Below are positions 36,501-49,995 of a stretch of DNA of 64,000 bases, in pieces (positions within the stretch are counted from its first letter, which is position 1; each line of letters begins with the position of its first letter). The notes under the pieces are model-generated. The model was given only the letters and a program-made list of their open reading frames with translations. It did not search any database and was not told where the DNA came from. The stretch comes from Camelus ferus (lineage: Eukaryota), in the NCBI RefSeq assembly GCF_009834535.1, contig NC_045697.1, forward strand, positions 73,472,001-73,536,000, read 5' to 3'. A program made the translations under genes and the position numbers.

Positions 36501-37854
36501 ATGTCTTTATAAGAATTCTAAATCTGCTAGTCTTAGTTTCTCAGAATCAACCATAACATCACTTCTGTAGCAACCACAGAATTATATCCAGGGAGTAGAA
36601 TCCAGCAATGACCATTAATTTGTCAAAAACTGGGGGAGATTTCCCAATTATTTTATCTTATCCTTAAACAAAGATCAACTTTGCTGCTGCTTCTGCCTTT
36701 TCAACACTCCATTTGGGGCTAGCTTTCATAAACTAATTCAGTTCCACAAGATTCTATGTACCTAGCACAATGTATTAGCAAAAAGTGTATACCGTGATCC
36801 CAAACTTCTAAGAGAACTTTTCTATTTTGCTGGGGAGGCCAGTTTATGTATATAAATCTCTGAGGAATAACAAAATTATCAAAGTTGTGAGTTAAATAAT
36901 CCTAAATGTAACATGATAAAACCCCTTACTATTACATTTCCAGGCACCAAGTAGACAAGAAACAGGTAAAGGGCTCAACCAGTGCCTCTTGTGAATAAGC
37001 AGGAGCAGATACAAGAGGAAGACAGAGCATCGTGAGTCATCTAGATCTTCATTTCACACGAGCGTTGTGAAGTAGTCCATGGCTTGGCAGTATCTGCTAT
37101 GACAGTGAAGGACAACCCTAACACTGACCTTGAACTACTTTCTAGTTCTCCAGAGTACATTATAAAATCTACTTAAGTAAGTTGAAAATCGCTTCTCTCT
37201 CTCTCTCAGGAAGATTTTTAATTACAGATAAAGTATTCCTGTGGAAATAACTCTTTAAATAAGATTTATTTGTATATTTTTACAAATGCCCATTTTTAAA
37301 TCAACCCAGAACTTTTACCTTGATAACCCCAATGTCATAGCAGAGTTGCCTCTGTTGACAGTGACAGTCATTAACTTCAAGAACTGTTGTAAATTACCTC
37401 CCCCATTCAGAAGTCTAAAACATATCTAAGACATTATTTCTTTTAGCTCCTCAATACTTTGAAGCCATCTCTTTGGCTACTAAAGAAAAAATTCTTCCAG
37501 GATTAATTGAACAAACAATTTGGTGAAGACTTCTGGGAAATTACCACAAAAGACAAATCATAATAGATGGTTGCAACAGCAGAAAAGCTCTTTTAAGAAA
37601 AGGCTTTCAGCAGACTCCAAGAGCCAGAATCTCCTACAGGTTTTGCAAATAGCAGCCCTAGTTGCAAATCAAGGGTCTGACTTTAGGTACACAGAGCTCA
37701 GCCCAGGTGGTAGCTGGCACAAAGGGTTGGTCCTAAATGAAACTGTGAAGTAAGTGCAATTCATTTCAGTGCACACAGCAGTATCTTTCTCCTTTACCTC
37801 TCTTCCTCTGAATGCTCTCTCAGTGCTTGAAGCTTTCCCCTTCTCTGGCAACAC

Positions 37855-38230
37855 AAACTCATTTAATCATGTATTCTTTCAATGAACAATTTGTAAAAGT
37901 TAAGTGCCAGATGCTAGAATTATTAAGACGTGTAAGGCATAAAGTATACACTTAATAACTCATAGTCTAATGGAGAGAAATATACAAAATAAATGCAATC
38001 CAATATGATAAATATAATAATTAGATTTAGATACTATGTACATATATGACTCATAAAAGAAAGATATCAGCTTCATTCAGAAGATTCAGAGGTTTTAAAT
38101 GGGAAGAGACATTTAAAACAGATCTTGAACCATTAGGTGTGGGGGGTAAAAGTAAGGGAAGAGTATTTCATGAAAATTAACTGAATGTGCAAAAGCAGAA
38201 AAAGTTATAGCAAATTATTTCACATTGAGG
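37855..38230 (-). mobile_element. L2 3' end
   Basis: 'aacaatttgtaaaagttaagtgccagatgctag...aactcatagtctaatggagagaaa'. Confidence 0.65.
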
Positions 38231-41200
38231 TGTGAAATCACTACAATAAAAAAACAAAATTTTAGGTCTAAGGAATAAATCCCTAAAATATGAATTTTCA
38301 GAACCTGACAAATTAGGAATATTATTTGAATTTGCAGGGAAACCTTTCTAGAAACCTGGACAAATGATCATTATTCTGCTTACTCTTAAATATAGAAATC
38401 TAGTTCTAGTCCACACCAGGTTTCACAGCTGGACTCTTTCCCCTCCCTCTCTCCCTGTCTCTATCTCTTCATCTATTTTTCTGTCTCTATCTCTGTTTTA
38501 GAACATGCTCACACACAAACACACACACACACATTGAGACATGCATAGAAAGCATGAAATGGACCTGAAATGGACCACAGTCCTACAGAATTCATCATTC
38601 TATCAGGCTGAAAAGACTGTTTGGTCAAAACATTTGTCTGCCACCATTTTGATAGCAAAATGCCTACTTCATTCTTGGTCAGAATTAGGGAAAGGCCTAA
38701 TTCTGTTGGGAAAAGTTAGAGAAGAAACCTTTTGAGTAGCCTGAAAATAGCAGGCGTGACTGAACACTCAAGGTAAATCCCAATGATGCTGAGAAGCAGA
38801 ATCTGTGGCTTCCCTCATTCGGGGCTCTGGTATGTCATCATGCCACCTCCTACCAAGCTATCCATAAATGCTTCTGCACACCAGGTCTGTGCTTCTTTTA
38901 AGATTTCTACCAACTACTGTCAGATGTGTCAGTTTATTCCTTGTTATAAGTTTCTGTTCTGCTGATGGAGACATGTGGCCTAATGGTATAATTCTGCAAG
39001 TCCTTTTCTTTCTACCTACAGCCATGTTTCATCATCTCCTCTGAAGACTATATCCTTTACGAAGTTCTGATTAACACACCTGTTATTGGCAGGTTCACTG
39101 TAGATCTTGAAAAACATACAGAAATAGTCCAATTACAGAGTATTTAGTATAAAAGCAAGCAAATCACTTCCTTATTTCACTGCAACATTAAGTATTGTGT
39201 ATTAAGAAGCACATGCTTTGACAGAAGTTTGCTGCCCTGTGCATCAGGCAGATAGGCCAAAAGACAATCCATCTGCACCTGGAGATCAAACTGATTATGC
39301 ATTTGAATCAAAAGAGTAAATTCAGAACACACTGCTGTGCAAGACAACCAGATATCAAGAAGTTCAAAATTGAATTACAATTTGAAAAATGATCAAATAA
39401 ATGAAATTTATCTTAGTAAATAACTGAACTTAAAAATTATCTAAGCTGTGGCCCTAACTTTGGGCAAGCTAGCATCCCAGGTAGATGGATTAATATTATT
39501 TTCGAGTTAGGTCAGCTCACAATTTTGAATCACTTTATTTGGTGCCTTAATTGCATTGTTTAAAATTTCACCATAGCAGACATACAGAAATCTATTTTGA
39601 GGCAGTACACAAAGAAGTTTATACAAGAAACACTAAAAATTATGGATTAATTTTAAGCAAATAAACTCCCACCCACTAGATAATGAACTAGGTTTGGATA
39701 ATAGAAGATGAGCTGGTATACAAAATATCACCTCTTATTCTGTGAAAACCAATTTTCTTTTCAAGTTTAGTACTGTAATATTGCACCAAGGGAATATGGT
39801 GAGCAGTCCTTCATTCACATTGCCAGATTGCCAGTGGCCATGGAAGAGGAAATACTCTCATGGTCTACACCACCACAAAGAGGGGGCAGCAACAGCTAAC
39901 ACCGCTCCAGTCCCCACTGCCTTCTTGACCTGAGACAGAGCCTAGGACGTAGGACGTCCTCTTAGCTTCTAATGAAACTGGAAACATGGGGGCAAGCCTT
40001 CTAGCAGTCTATATCCAAGAGGCTCTAGCACATTAAAGTGCGGGAGAACTTCAATATTTATAAACTGTAACTTTCCATTATCAACAAATATTTGAGGTAG
40101 TAGCATGCCCAAGCCTCTCTTTCCCCTTCAAATATTTTATGCATGAAATAGAAAAATGGGTTTTCTATTAGTCTAATCATCATTTAAAAAATTCCCAAAT
40201 TGGGTCTTTTTTTGCAGCTGTGACGCTTTTCAGATGCTTCTTTGATGTCATTTACAAGGAGATGAAGTTTTCCATGTGAATGACGACCCTGAAGGTTTTC
40301 CGGTATCATAAGAACCTGGAGTCTGGAATGTCAACCAAAGTAATCTGTCCTTTCTCTGAACTGCCCTAACACTTTGCTACAAATCAACAGACCCCTTGAG
40401 TGTAGAGGCTGCATCCTTAGTACTTAGTCCAATGTCTGAAACAGTAAATATTAAATAAAATCGCTGAATAAACAAATGAATCTGTAGCTCTTCCAAGTAT
40501 CATACTTATTTATATCCATGCCATTTCTGAGACTAGACTCCATCCTCTAATTACATTTATCATTTCCTCTTATTGTAGACATGTAACATGCTTAAAACAG
40601 AAATGAAAATAAAGACCACGAAGAAATAATTGCCTATAATACAATAACCCAGAGAAAATTATAAAATTTTACTATACATCCTTCCAATATATCTTTACAT
40701 CAGACTTTTTTTAAAAATTATGTTTTGCATATCAATTTGAGCCTGCTAACTTTTCATTTAAAAACATATGGAGTATAGTTCCCACATTAGCAAGTATCAA
40801 TCTGAAAAAATCATTTAATGGTTAATTAGCATTCCATCGTATGACTGCCCATACTTATTCATACACATTATATAAATAAATACATTGGGCATATGTGTGT
40901 TATTGCCTATTTTTTATAGGCAAGATAAACAATGCTTTGTATTTTGTAGGTATTCAGTTAGTGTAGATCAGTTGTAAAATTGGCTACATTAATGATTCTT
41001 AACATAAGGGAATAAGCTGGTGGATTTATTTATTGATATCATAGAACTTTGTAAATATTATACTGACACTCTCACTAAAAGTTCGATACCAAATGACTTC
41101 ATTAGGAACTGGTACTTGATGTTATTATTCAGGATTGTGGAAGTGAAGTTGAAATGTGAATTTCATTGTATTTTTCCTAATAGGGTCTAAATAGGGGTAA

Positions 41201-42584
41201 GGGTGGATGAATATCAGATCTCACAATAATGCACCATTCCACAGTGCAGAATACTCAGCAGTATCCATAATAACCATGATTCTTTAGAGATATTTTAATT
41301 GCAGCATTCTTTGGAATTGTTGATGGTTTATTGTGACAAAATGAAGACAACATAAGGAAGACTATTAATTGATAAATGGGTTTCCAACCAAGATGATGGA
41401 GAAAACGCTTTATAGTCTGCTTTTCTGACAAGGCAGTAACTGTATCTGAAAGGAAAAAGATGTAAGGCACTGTTTCTATGCTATCCATAAGAAGAAAAGA
41501 ATTATGTCAAGCACACTGAGTAAAAAGAACGTCACCTTCAGGCCCCAAACAATTGAATCTAGGAAACTAAAGAAATTTAAATATACATATATTGGTCAAT
41601 CAGCCAGAAAAAAAAAAAAAAAACACTACAAAAAAATCAAAATCATTTCAAATTAGAATTTTAGTACTGACTTCTTTTGTTGGTTAACACGGCATTTCAT
41701 GACACAACTGAATGTGGCCAGAAACTACTCCTGCATTCAAAACAACAATATTACTTGCCTATGCATGAGAGAATGTGTATGGGTCATCTAATTAGCATTC
41801 TGGTTTTTCTTAATATACTCTGAATTATTGGATACTGATACTGATAGTCAAGTCACAGTGGTACTGGGAATAGAGATATAGCTTAAGGAAAAGCTGCTAA
41901 GGAGCCTACTGGAAGTCTTATGAAAAAATTCATGAAGACAGATAGGATAGTAGAAACAGGGGTTAAGTATTTAACTCTCTTCAGGAGTGTGGATGGAGGA
42001 TGAGTAGAAAGGAGGAGAATGAAAAGTTAACCATGAGGAATAAGTCCAGCTACTAAGATCAAAGAAGTTAGAGGATAAAAGAAATACAGTGTGTCATTAG
42101 TTTTCTTATGTGAAACTAAGAAAATAAAAACTAAAAAGGTGACTGACATCTGTGTACAAAATAATATCATGTAGCAACCCTGAGTGTCCTACAGAGCCCT
42201 TTGTTACGATGTGTACATATCTCTACCAATATTAAAGCATCCTTGTCGTTGTTGGCAGTCACCTGACATCTATTTGCCTGAGATCTAAAAATTCAGTTGT
42301 AAAGAATTTATGAAAACATTTACTTTGGGGAAAACATCACCAAAATCTACTGCAAAATGTAATCACTTCATGCAAACTTTATCAACATTTTTCCATGCTT
42401 AATAAGACTTACCCAAAACTATCTTGGAAAATGACTTTCTATTTCTAGATGAAAGTTTATTTTCAGTTTCTAAGGAATAAACTTGCTTTCGACAATTTCA
42501 TTATCAGTGCAGCCATGGTGAGAGACTTCACTTCGTGCGCTCCCTTGAGTTTTCATTTTAGCATATATTTCACATTTCACCCAG

Positions 42585-42996
42585 TGTGGCAAAGATCAAC
42601 TACATGTTATCAATCCTGCTTCCTCCCCTGGTACCCAGGGAGACTCTATGGCCCAAGCACCGTTGCAGTCAGGGTAGGGTTGTATTCCTGCATCCTGTCG
42701 AAAGATTTTTGAGTGAAAGATTCTGTACCTCTTCCAAGACTGACCCCGAGTTCCTCTCATTCACTCTTTGCTTGTTGCCATCTAAAGGAAAGAAACCTGC
42801 AGAGAACTTCGAAGAAGGCCTGGAAGACAGCAGTGCCACGGTTGGAAAGAGCCAAGATTCTGTAATCATTATGCAAAAGGCCACACATCAAATATCCAAC
42901 CATGATACCATCCAGAAATAAACACTTATTTTGCTAAGTTCCTGAGATTCAGGGGTTGTTCTGACAGCCACTAGCGTTGATCGTCCACCAATAACA
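42585..42996 (+). mobile_element. MaLR solo LTR (MLT1I/J-like)
   Basis: Begins TGTGGC and ends ...AATAACA; internal 'cagaaataaacacttattttgctaagttcctgagattcaggggttgtt'. Confidence 0.75.
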
Positions 42997-43399
42997 AACC
43001 TGCCCTTAAAGGTTTTCCTGTTGACATTACTGACTGTGTATTTAAGTGTTAGGTTTGGTAGTTTGAGGGGCATTTTGTACTGATTGTTCTCTTCAGGAAT
43101 TTAGGAAATTTTATTATTGAGTTCAAAGGAAATAACTAAAATAATAAATGGGTTGCTCATATCACATTAGTAACTGAACTGCCTTGTTACCAACCAAGGA
43201 CTCTGCATATTTATTCCTCCTGAATATCAGTTCTCTAAACTACCTCAGGACTTAAATATTCTGAAATATGTTGTTTGATTCAGTTCACAGCTAAGCGATA
43301 ATAGTGCTCCCTGATTACTCATCTAATCCAGCAGCTTAACAGAATAGAGAGAACTACTTTCCTTTTTTTTTTTTTCAGATGGTTTAATACTGTATAAAA

Positions 43400-43560
43400 G
43401 AACTACAGATATTTTGGAATTGGAATGGACCTTAAAGACTATATAATTATGCACTTTTCAGGTGACCAAACTGTGCTTTAAGAATGGTTAAGGGATTTGA
43501 ATAAGGACTCAGAACTGGCTAGCAGCAGAGCTAAGTACTATAATCTGCTGAATGCCCAAT
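43400..43560 (-). mobile_element. MIR3/MIR fragment
   Basis: 'ggaattggaatggaccttaaagact...ttcaggtgaccaaactgtgc...ggttaagggatttg...agcagcagagctaag'. Confidence 0.6.
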
Positions 43561-43619
43561 TACATTCCTATCTGCAACTGTTTTTTGACACCATGTCAAT
43601 CTCAGGACTTTCAATACCC

Positions 43620-44120
43620 ACAGTCCATTCTAAGGGATACTGGCCAGTCCACAGACAAATCTTGTTCAACTTGACTCACTGGCCACACATTCCTTTCCTA
43701 TTTGTCCCAGCTGAGTAGCCAAAGAGTGGACCCCCAACTCAAGAGCAGCCAATCCATAGACTGACCAGCAATCTAGATTGAGATCTGGTGCATAAAGATG
43801 AAACAGGCCTGTGCTCTTTGGAATCTGAATAGGGAAACATGGAAAGCCTCAATCAGTTAGCACTAGGATCGGACATGAAAAGTACAAATAAAGAGAGGGA
43901 GAGACTGAAGTAGGTCAGGGCCACCCGGGATCATGTCAAGGCCAAGTTAGAAGTGGGGAATTAATACTTGCAGATAATTGAGATTCCACCAGAGGAAGAT
44001 GTTAGAACCAGTGCTGCCAGAGCTCCCTAGGTTCCTGATGTCTACCTTGGCCCCTCCCAGTACCAGTCAATAAGCCCTCTGTACCTTCTGCTGACCTAGA
44101 TGAGAAACTGTCTTTACAAC
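43620..44120 (+). mobile_element. Old ERVL-class LTR (subfamily uncertain)
   Basis: 'gcagccaatccatagactg...ctctttggaatctgaa...aataagccctc...gctgacctagatgagaaactgtctttacaac'. Confidence 0.45.
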
Positions 44121-44129
44121 TGAAAAAAA

Positions 44130-45310
44130 ATTGTATGTGAATGAGAAACACTTAAATACATCCTTCAACTTAATGCTTACGAAAAAATATACAATTCTAT
44201 GTGGGAATAAATCACAAAATAAAATATCAAAATAAGCATTTAAATTTTTAAATTTAATGTGTAGCAAAAATGCAAACAAAATTAAAGGGCATACAAATTG
44301 AGTATGGATATTTACTAAAACCATATCACAAAAATGGTAAATAACTTTACTGTATAAAGAGAACATACATATTGATAAGAAAAACACTAATGCTCTAATG
44401 AGATAATATGAAAAGATAAGGGACTAACAGTTCATAAGAGAAGATACAGAAAAAGCTGACTAGGATATGAAAATATATTTCACTTTACTAATGAGACAAG
44501 AAATAAGTCAATTACAAAATATAATTTTTACTTATCAAATTATCAAATATATATCAAGTATGTTAATAATACACTGAGAGTGGTTTGGTGAGAAATATGA
44601 TCCTAGCACATTGCCAGTGCATTTGTGAATAGAGAGGAACATTCTGGAAAACAACAAGGCAGCACATCTAGAGCTGTCAAAATGTTTATTCACACTGACC
44701 CAATAATCGATATATGTTCAGAAGTGTAAACATAGATTTATATTAACATTTTATTAGCATTTATCATACTTTATTGCAACTGATTGTTTTTATAGGCTAT
44801 CTTCCTCATTTATTCACTTGGGTACCTCCAAAGCCTGACACAGCACCTGGCATAGGGTCCCTGACACATAAAAGGCATTTGGTAACAATCTGTTGAATGA
44901 ACAAATAAATAAGAGGAAGAAAGGAAGACAGTCTCCACAGGATAATCTGAAACAAAGTATTAGGGAAAAAAGTATCTTATGACTGGTTAAGTAATATATA
45001 TCACACATATCAAATTGGATACCATGTGTAAACATTAAAATTGTTTATGACGTTCTTAATACAAGAAATTATTTAAAAGGGTAATGAAAAAGTAAAACAT
45101 AGCACTGTATGTATCATATGCTCTCAATTATGCTAAAATGTGCATGCATATGTGAAGATGATTAGAAATGCACTAATACATAACTATTGGTCAAATTCGG
45201 TCAAATACATATAATGGTCAAATTTGGATGAGAGTCTTCTAAATGACTCACTTTCTTTATGCTTTTCAATATTTTCCAGTCTTTTTATGTTATTATATAT
45301 TACTTTCTTA
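44130..45310 (+). mobile_element. Ancient L1ME-type 3' region
   Basis: 'aaaattaaagggcatacaaattgag...aacagttcataagagaagatacagaaaaagctg...cattctggaaaacaacaaggcagc...cactgacccaataatc'. Confidence 0.65.
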
Positions 45311-45352
45311 ATTAGAACATAGCATTAAATTTTATTTTTAAGCTGCCTCTAA

Positions 45353-45969
45353 GGCAGTGCCAGATCTATTCAACCAATTTAACAGAATGTTCAGAACTGC
45401 ACTCTTTCTGTGAATATTTGATAAGTGCTAAGTGATGATGATGGTCATTAAAACGGCATTTTTTTGTCTATTCAAAATGACAGACAAAAATTCGAGGAGT
45501 TTTCAGCACAGCTTAAAGGACAGAGAAGACATTCTCAGGTGATGTTTGAGAGCAACTTTAAGAAAAATATAGGAATAAAGGGTTAAAATGGCTTTTTAAC
45601 TTAATAAGATAGAATATGCAGAATGCATGACAAAGTGTCTAGTACACAACAGACATTCAATTCATATCAGTTCTCTTTCCTTACTTGTGCTGTTGCTAAT
45701 CAATTTAGTTTCAGCTTAATTCAGGACTCATTGGTTTCACTGACCTCCTCCTCGTATCTCCCACCCCTTTACCTCCAAAACACCCAATCTATATATATAT
45801 GGCAGTACCTCTTCTGTTCAACCAATTTAACAGAATGTTCATAATTGTACTCTTTCTGTGACTATTTGATGATGCTAATTGATGATGATAGTCATTAATA
45901 ATGGCTTTTGGGGGTTATGTGTATCAGTATGTTCAAAATGACAGACAAAAACATTCCACAGATTTTCAG
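45353..45969 (+). repeat. Diverged direct duplication (45353-45506 and 45801-45969)
   Basis: Both copies share ggcagt...ttcaaccaatttaacagaatgttca...actctttctgtga.tatttgat...gctaa.tgatgatgat.gtcattaa...ttcaaaatgacagacaaaaa...ttttcag. Confidence 0.92.
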
Positions 45970-47446
45970 AATGGAGGGGTATAATATATCCCTCCAGAAC
46001 CAGGAAATGGAAACCCTAGAAGAGGACTGGTTAGCATCAGGGAGCTCAGATTTGTATTTTGGACATTATCCTTCAACATGGTACCTCTGCAGGAGCCTGC
46101 GTTTCCCTTACCATTATGTGTGTGTCCTTCTGTAAATCAGCTGCTACCTACAGTGGTCACCACTGCTCCCTGCCCAGCTTTGTAGCTATGTCTTGGGTGT
46201 GATACATCACTCCAATTACCCCCACCTGTATATTTGACTGCATTACTTCTGCATGATCTGACTATTACTGTGTTTCCAAGGCATCTAACTTCATGCTCAT
46301 ACATCTACTCACAGACTTATAGTTAGCTGAATGTACATTAATTTTCTCCTGTTGTGTGTCAGATATTCCATGTAAATGTCTATAGATAATTATCATCTCC
46401 ATTCAGAGAGCCTTCTTTTAGAAAGAAAATGTCCTATTCCTTCCTAATGCATTAATGGAAAAAAATCATGAGTAATGACACAGATGTCCCAAATATTCAA
46501 CACGCCAGTGGTATCTGATGCCATCTGTATCTATTCACCCAATTTGAAGCATGTAACTATGACCAATTGCCTGACTTGCTTCATCATTCTAGGATGCACT
46601 CTTAATTGAAATTCAATACAAAATGACAATTGTCTTATTAATATGGAAAAAAACACATAAGCACTTGAATATTACTGATCATGGATGACATTGCCATCCT
46701 GTCACCTCTATCTACGTCTCATTTTATCTGCCTGCCCTCATAAATTTGACTGTTCACATTGTCACTTGTATACTCCTTTGCATTGCTGTGAGGTAAACAA
46801 AATTTATTTTCTCCTCACTATATTTCAGCCATGGTATGTTGTCTGCCTGGTAAATAGTAAACATTATTATTTTAAAATAATGATAAAAGTCTAAAAGTTT
46901 CTGCTCTGGGCTCTGATACCCATAGCCTTTATCCTTTTGTTTCTCTCTCTGGGTTCCCTCCATTCCCTTCCATTACCACATCTTTTATTGCCTGGCCTGA
47001 GAAGTTGAGGTGACATCCCTGAGACCCTAGGCTGGGAAGACAAAGCAATGCCCCTTGCATACTTCTTCATTAGTACAAGGGAGCAGAGCATAGGTGCCCC
47101 CAGGAGCAGGCCCTCCTCACCAACTCAGAATAGTTCAGTTCCCTAACCCTAAACCTGTAATCCCAGTTAACTATATCCCAAATGCTTGCCAATAGTTCAG
47201 AATAAAGATACTCCCACAAAAGAATGAGGGAGGGAAATCCTCCTAGAGTCCTATTATCAAGAGCTTCCTATCTATCAAGAGTAGTAGGTGTCACTGCCAG
47301 GCTCTACCACATATAGAGGAAGCTTCCACATGTGGTTGAGTCATCACATATGCAATATATCCTACTAGGAGAATTTTCTGTGGCAGAATACCATTGGGGT
47401 GGGTTACTAGTGTTTTTTGTATGACAGTGTGTTCCATGAGTATCTT

Positions 47447-47564
47447 GGGGAGGTGGGGGAGGTAACCAGGTTTATTTACTTATTTTAATGGTAGTACTGG
47501 GGATTGAACCCAGGACCTCATGCTTGCTAGGCAGGCACTTTACCACTAAGCTATACCCCCACCT
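47447..47564 (-). mobile_element. tRNA-derived SINE, camelid Vic-1-like
   Basis: Minus strand 'gggggtatagcttagtggtaaagtgcctgcctagcaagcatgaggtcctgggttcaatccccagtac' has A and B boxes, then an A-rich segment and a C-rich tail. TSD tgagtatctt at 47437-47446 and 47568-47577. Confidence 0.88.
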
Positions 47565-49369
47565 CTGTGAGTATCTTTAACACAAAACTCCTACTCAATC
47601 AAAGCTTAAATAGCCCATACATAGGCATATTCTTCTCTCCCTGCAGCATTTTTCAGCCATTCCTAGGACTTCTGGAGAAGAGAAGAATGGCTTCCCCTAG
47701 GTGGAGTTCTGGAAGAGTTAAGTAACTATCCACTGATTTATTGTGGTTCATATCAGAAGACTGGACTTCTAGTAGATAATATTCATATAGCCACTGCCTG
47801 CTGAAAATTTAACAGCCCAGCGATTGAATGGTCTGTGGTCAAGGCCTTAGAAAAGTGAGTGGTGGCCTTGCAGAGATGCAAGCCACTTAATCAATAAACA
47901 GAGCTCCAGAAAGCCAAACAGGAGACAGCTGGCACCTTGACATTCTATTTTGATGGTGGTTTCATTAAATTTTGGAAAATGCATACTTGACTTAAGCTTT
48001 ACATGTTGAGAGTTGAATGAAAGAGGCAAACACACTATATTTGCCTTGTGCTAAAAGAGTATGTTTGGAGAAAACCTGATTCTGTAACAATAACCACTAC
48101 ATACACTCAGATGTGAAAATGAGTAGCTAGATTTATAGATTAATTAATGATAAATATGTGCAGAGAAATTAGGAGCTTAGACACTCAGCCCACACATCAT
48201 TTTCTTTTAACTAACAGGGCATTTGTTGAAATTCCTGCAAGCATGTTTCCTTGAGTTTCTAATGAAAATAATTTGGTTCATTTTCCAAATTACTTCTCTC
48301 ACAAGCCAGAGGAAATTTACCTTGCTAAGGAAATCATACATACCATGCTAAAGAAATACAATGTACAGGGTAAACTGAATAATGAGCTATTCTTAAAAGG
48401 AGAGAGCTTTACTAAATAGGATTGAACCAATGTACCTTTCAATCAATCATTATATTTATAATATTAAGAACATGAATATGCAAGGAAACTATAAACATCC
48501 AAAGATTGTCCACAGTTGCTAATGTGTTTTGACAGAACTGTAATTTTGCTATTTGACAAGAGCTACGGGTAGTCATAAAGTACAAACTGTGGGCTGACTG
48601 TTTTCTATGCTGTACAAAGGAAAACAGAAAGAAAAACAATTTCATTGAATCAGGATCAAAAAGCATAGATGAAGGGTATTTAGTCCTTAGCAATTGCTAG
48701 TTCTCAAAAATACTTTTAAAAAATGTCAAATAAAGCCAATTCTAATTATTCATATGAAAGAAGAAGAATTAACACTTAAGGTGAATTGTAACTATAGGTA
48801 TGCATAATTATGTATCTGTTGTATTGACTTCTATGTGCTCTTATGAATGCAGATAAGAACATGTAGATTTCATTGTTTTTGCTAAGTAATGTTGATTACA
48901 TAATTATTGGTATTTTTTAATTATCTCACTTTCACATTGAACATCAATGTATTTTTTCCTTTTTCTACCATAAAAACAACACATACAAATGAAACAGCTT
49001 AGAATATATATACAATATGAGTACAGTTGTTTATCATTACTATAAATTCCAATTCCAGGGTCTCTTAGAATGAGAATATTCCTGAGTTATATAAGGGTTA
49101 AAAGATAGAAATACTCTTATCAAATCCCCACCCCGCCTACTTTCTCTCTGAAGTTATCAGAAAACTTATCATCTGTCAAAATAAACATGTAAGGTCAGGA
49201 AGGATAGCATTGAAAAATGGCATACACTTTTTCTGGACTAAACAACTTTAAAAGTATTCTTAAAATCTTGGTCATTATTCAATTCACCTTGGCAGTGACT
49301 TATTCTCATATAAAAGGACCTGTTTGACAGTTGCACATGTGTGTAAAAACATTAAAACTGTTACTACTA

Positions 49370-49605
49370 CTAATAGCTAATATTTGAAAATTTAGCCTAT
49401 GTCAAGCACTGTGTGAAGTAGTATACGTACGTTTTACTCAGCCAAACACACAATGAGGGGGCAGTCTTATCATCCCCAATTCGTATATGAAAATATTTAA
49501 AATCAAGAGTCTAAGTAACTAGCACAATGTTTCTCAACAGAATTTAGTTGGAAATTCACACAGTCAGAGGGACTCCAAGATCACACTGTTAACTACTGTG
49601 CTCTT
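49370..49605 (-). mobile_element. MIR SINE
   Basis: 'taatagctaatatttg...tatgtcaagcactgtg...tatcatccccaattcgtatatgaaaat...taagtaactagcacaatg'. Confidence 0.75.
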
Positions 49606-49637
49606 ACATGGTAGATAAATACGCTGCAGATACAATA

Positions 49638-49808
49638 TTTAAAGTATAGTTGATTTACAATAATGTGTTAGTGTCAAGTGTACAGCAAAATGATTCTATA
49701 ATACATATATATGTATACATCTACATTCTTTTAAAATTCTTTTCCATTATAGTTTATTATAAGATATTGAATATAATTCCCTGTGTTATACAGTAAATCC
49801 TTGATGCT
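49638..49808 (-). mobile_element. Cetartiodactyl-type L1 3' end
   Basis: 'aagtatagttgatttacaataatgtgttagtgtcaagtgtacagcaaaatgattc...aagatattgaatataattccctgtgttatacagtaaatccttg'. Confidence 0.9.
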
Positions 49809-49819
49809 TCTTCCGGTAT

Positions 49820-49995
49820 CTTTTTAACACTCCTGAATAACCTGAACACCTTCCACTGGTTACTTCTTGTTTGACAGTGTCCCTTTTAAAAAGTGGTACC
49901 AGAACTGACAAGCACATCGGGCGTTCCCTGACCTCTGTAGAGGGCAGTAAGGCTACTTCGTCCCAGTGGACCGCAGTTCTTTTAACAGCGTCTAA
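49820..49995 (-). mobile_element. L3/CR1 fragment
   Basis: 'gtgtcccttttaaaaagtggtaccagaactgacaagcacatcgggcgttccctgacctctgtagagggcag' resembles the CR1 RT-region consensus. Confidence 0.55.

Noticed and set aside
37501..37753. Coding exon under ORF 37520-37753
   Set aside because: The best acceptor (37500) gives stops in all frames, the alternative acceptor is weak, and the peptide is unrecognised.
39870..39892. CTCF site (AGGGGGCAGC); similar motif at ~49935
   Set aside because: Only the right half of the core matches; too weak to call without a PWM score or ChIP data.
41255..41488. Minus-strand terminal coding exon
   Set aside because: An acceptor-like ctttttcctttcag is present, but the peptide is unrecognised and nothing else supports it.
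45430..45500. C/D-box snoRNA
   Set aside because: A box-C-like GTGATGA is present, but no CTGA box D or terminal stem occurs at a suitable distance.
47490..47564. tRNA gene
   Set aside because: The tRNA-like head is followed by a SINE tail and flanked by a TSD, so it is a SINE.
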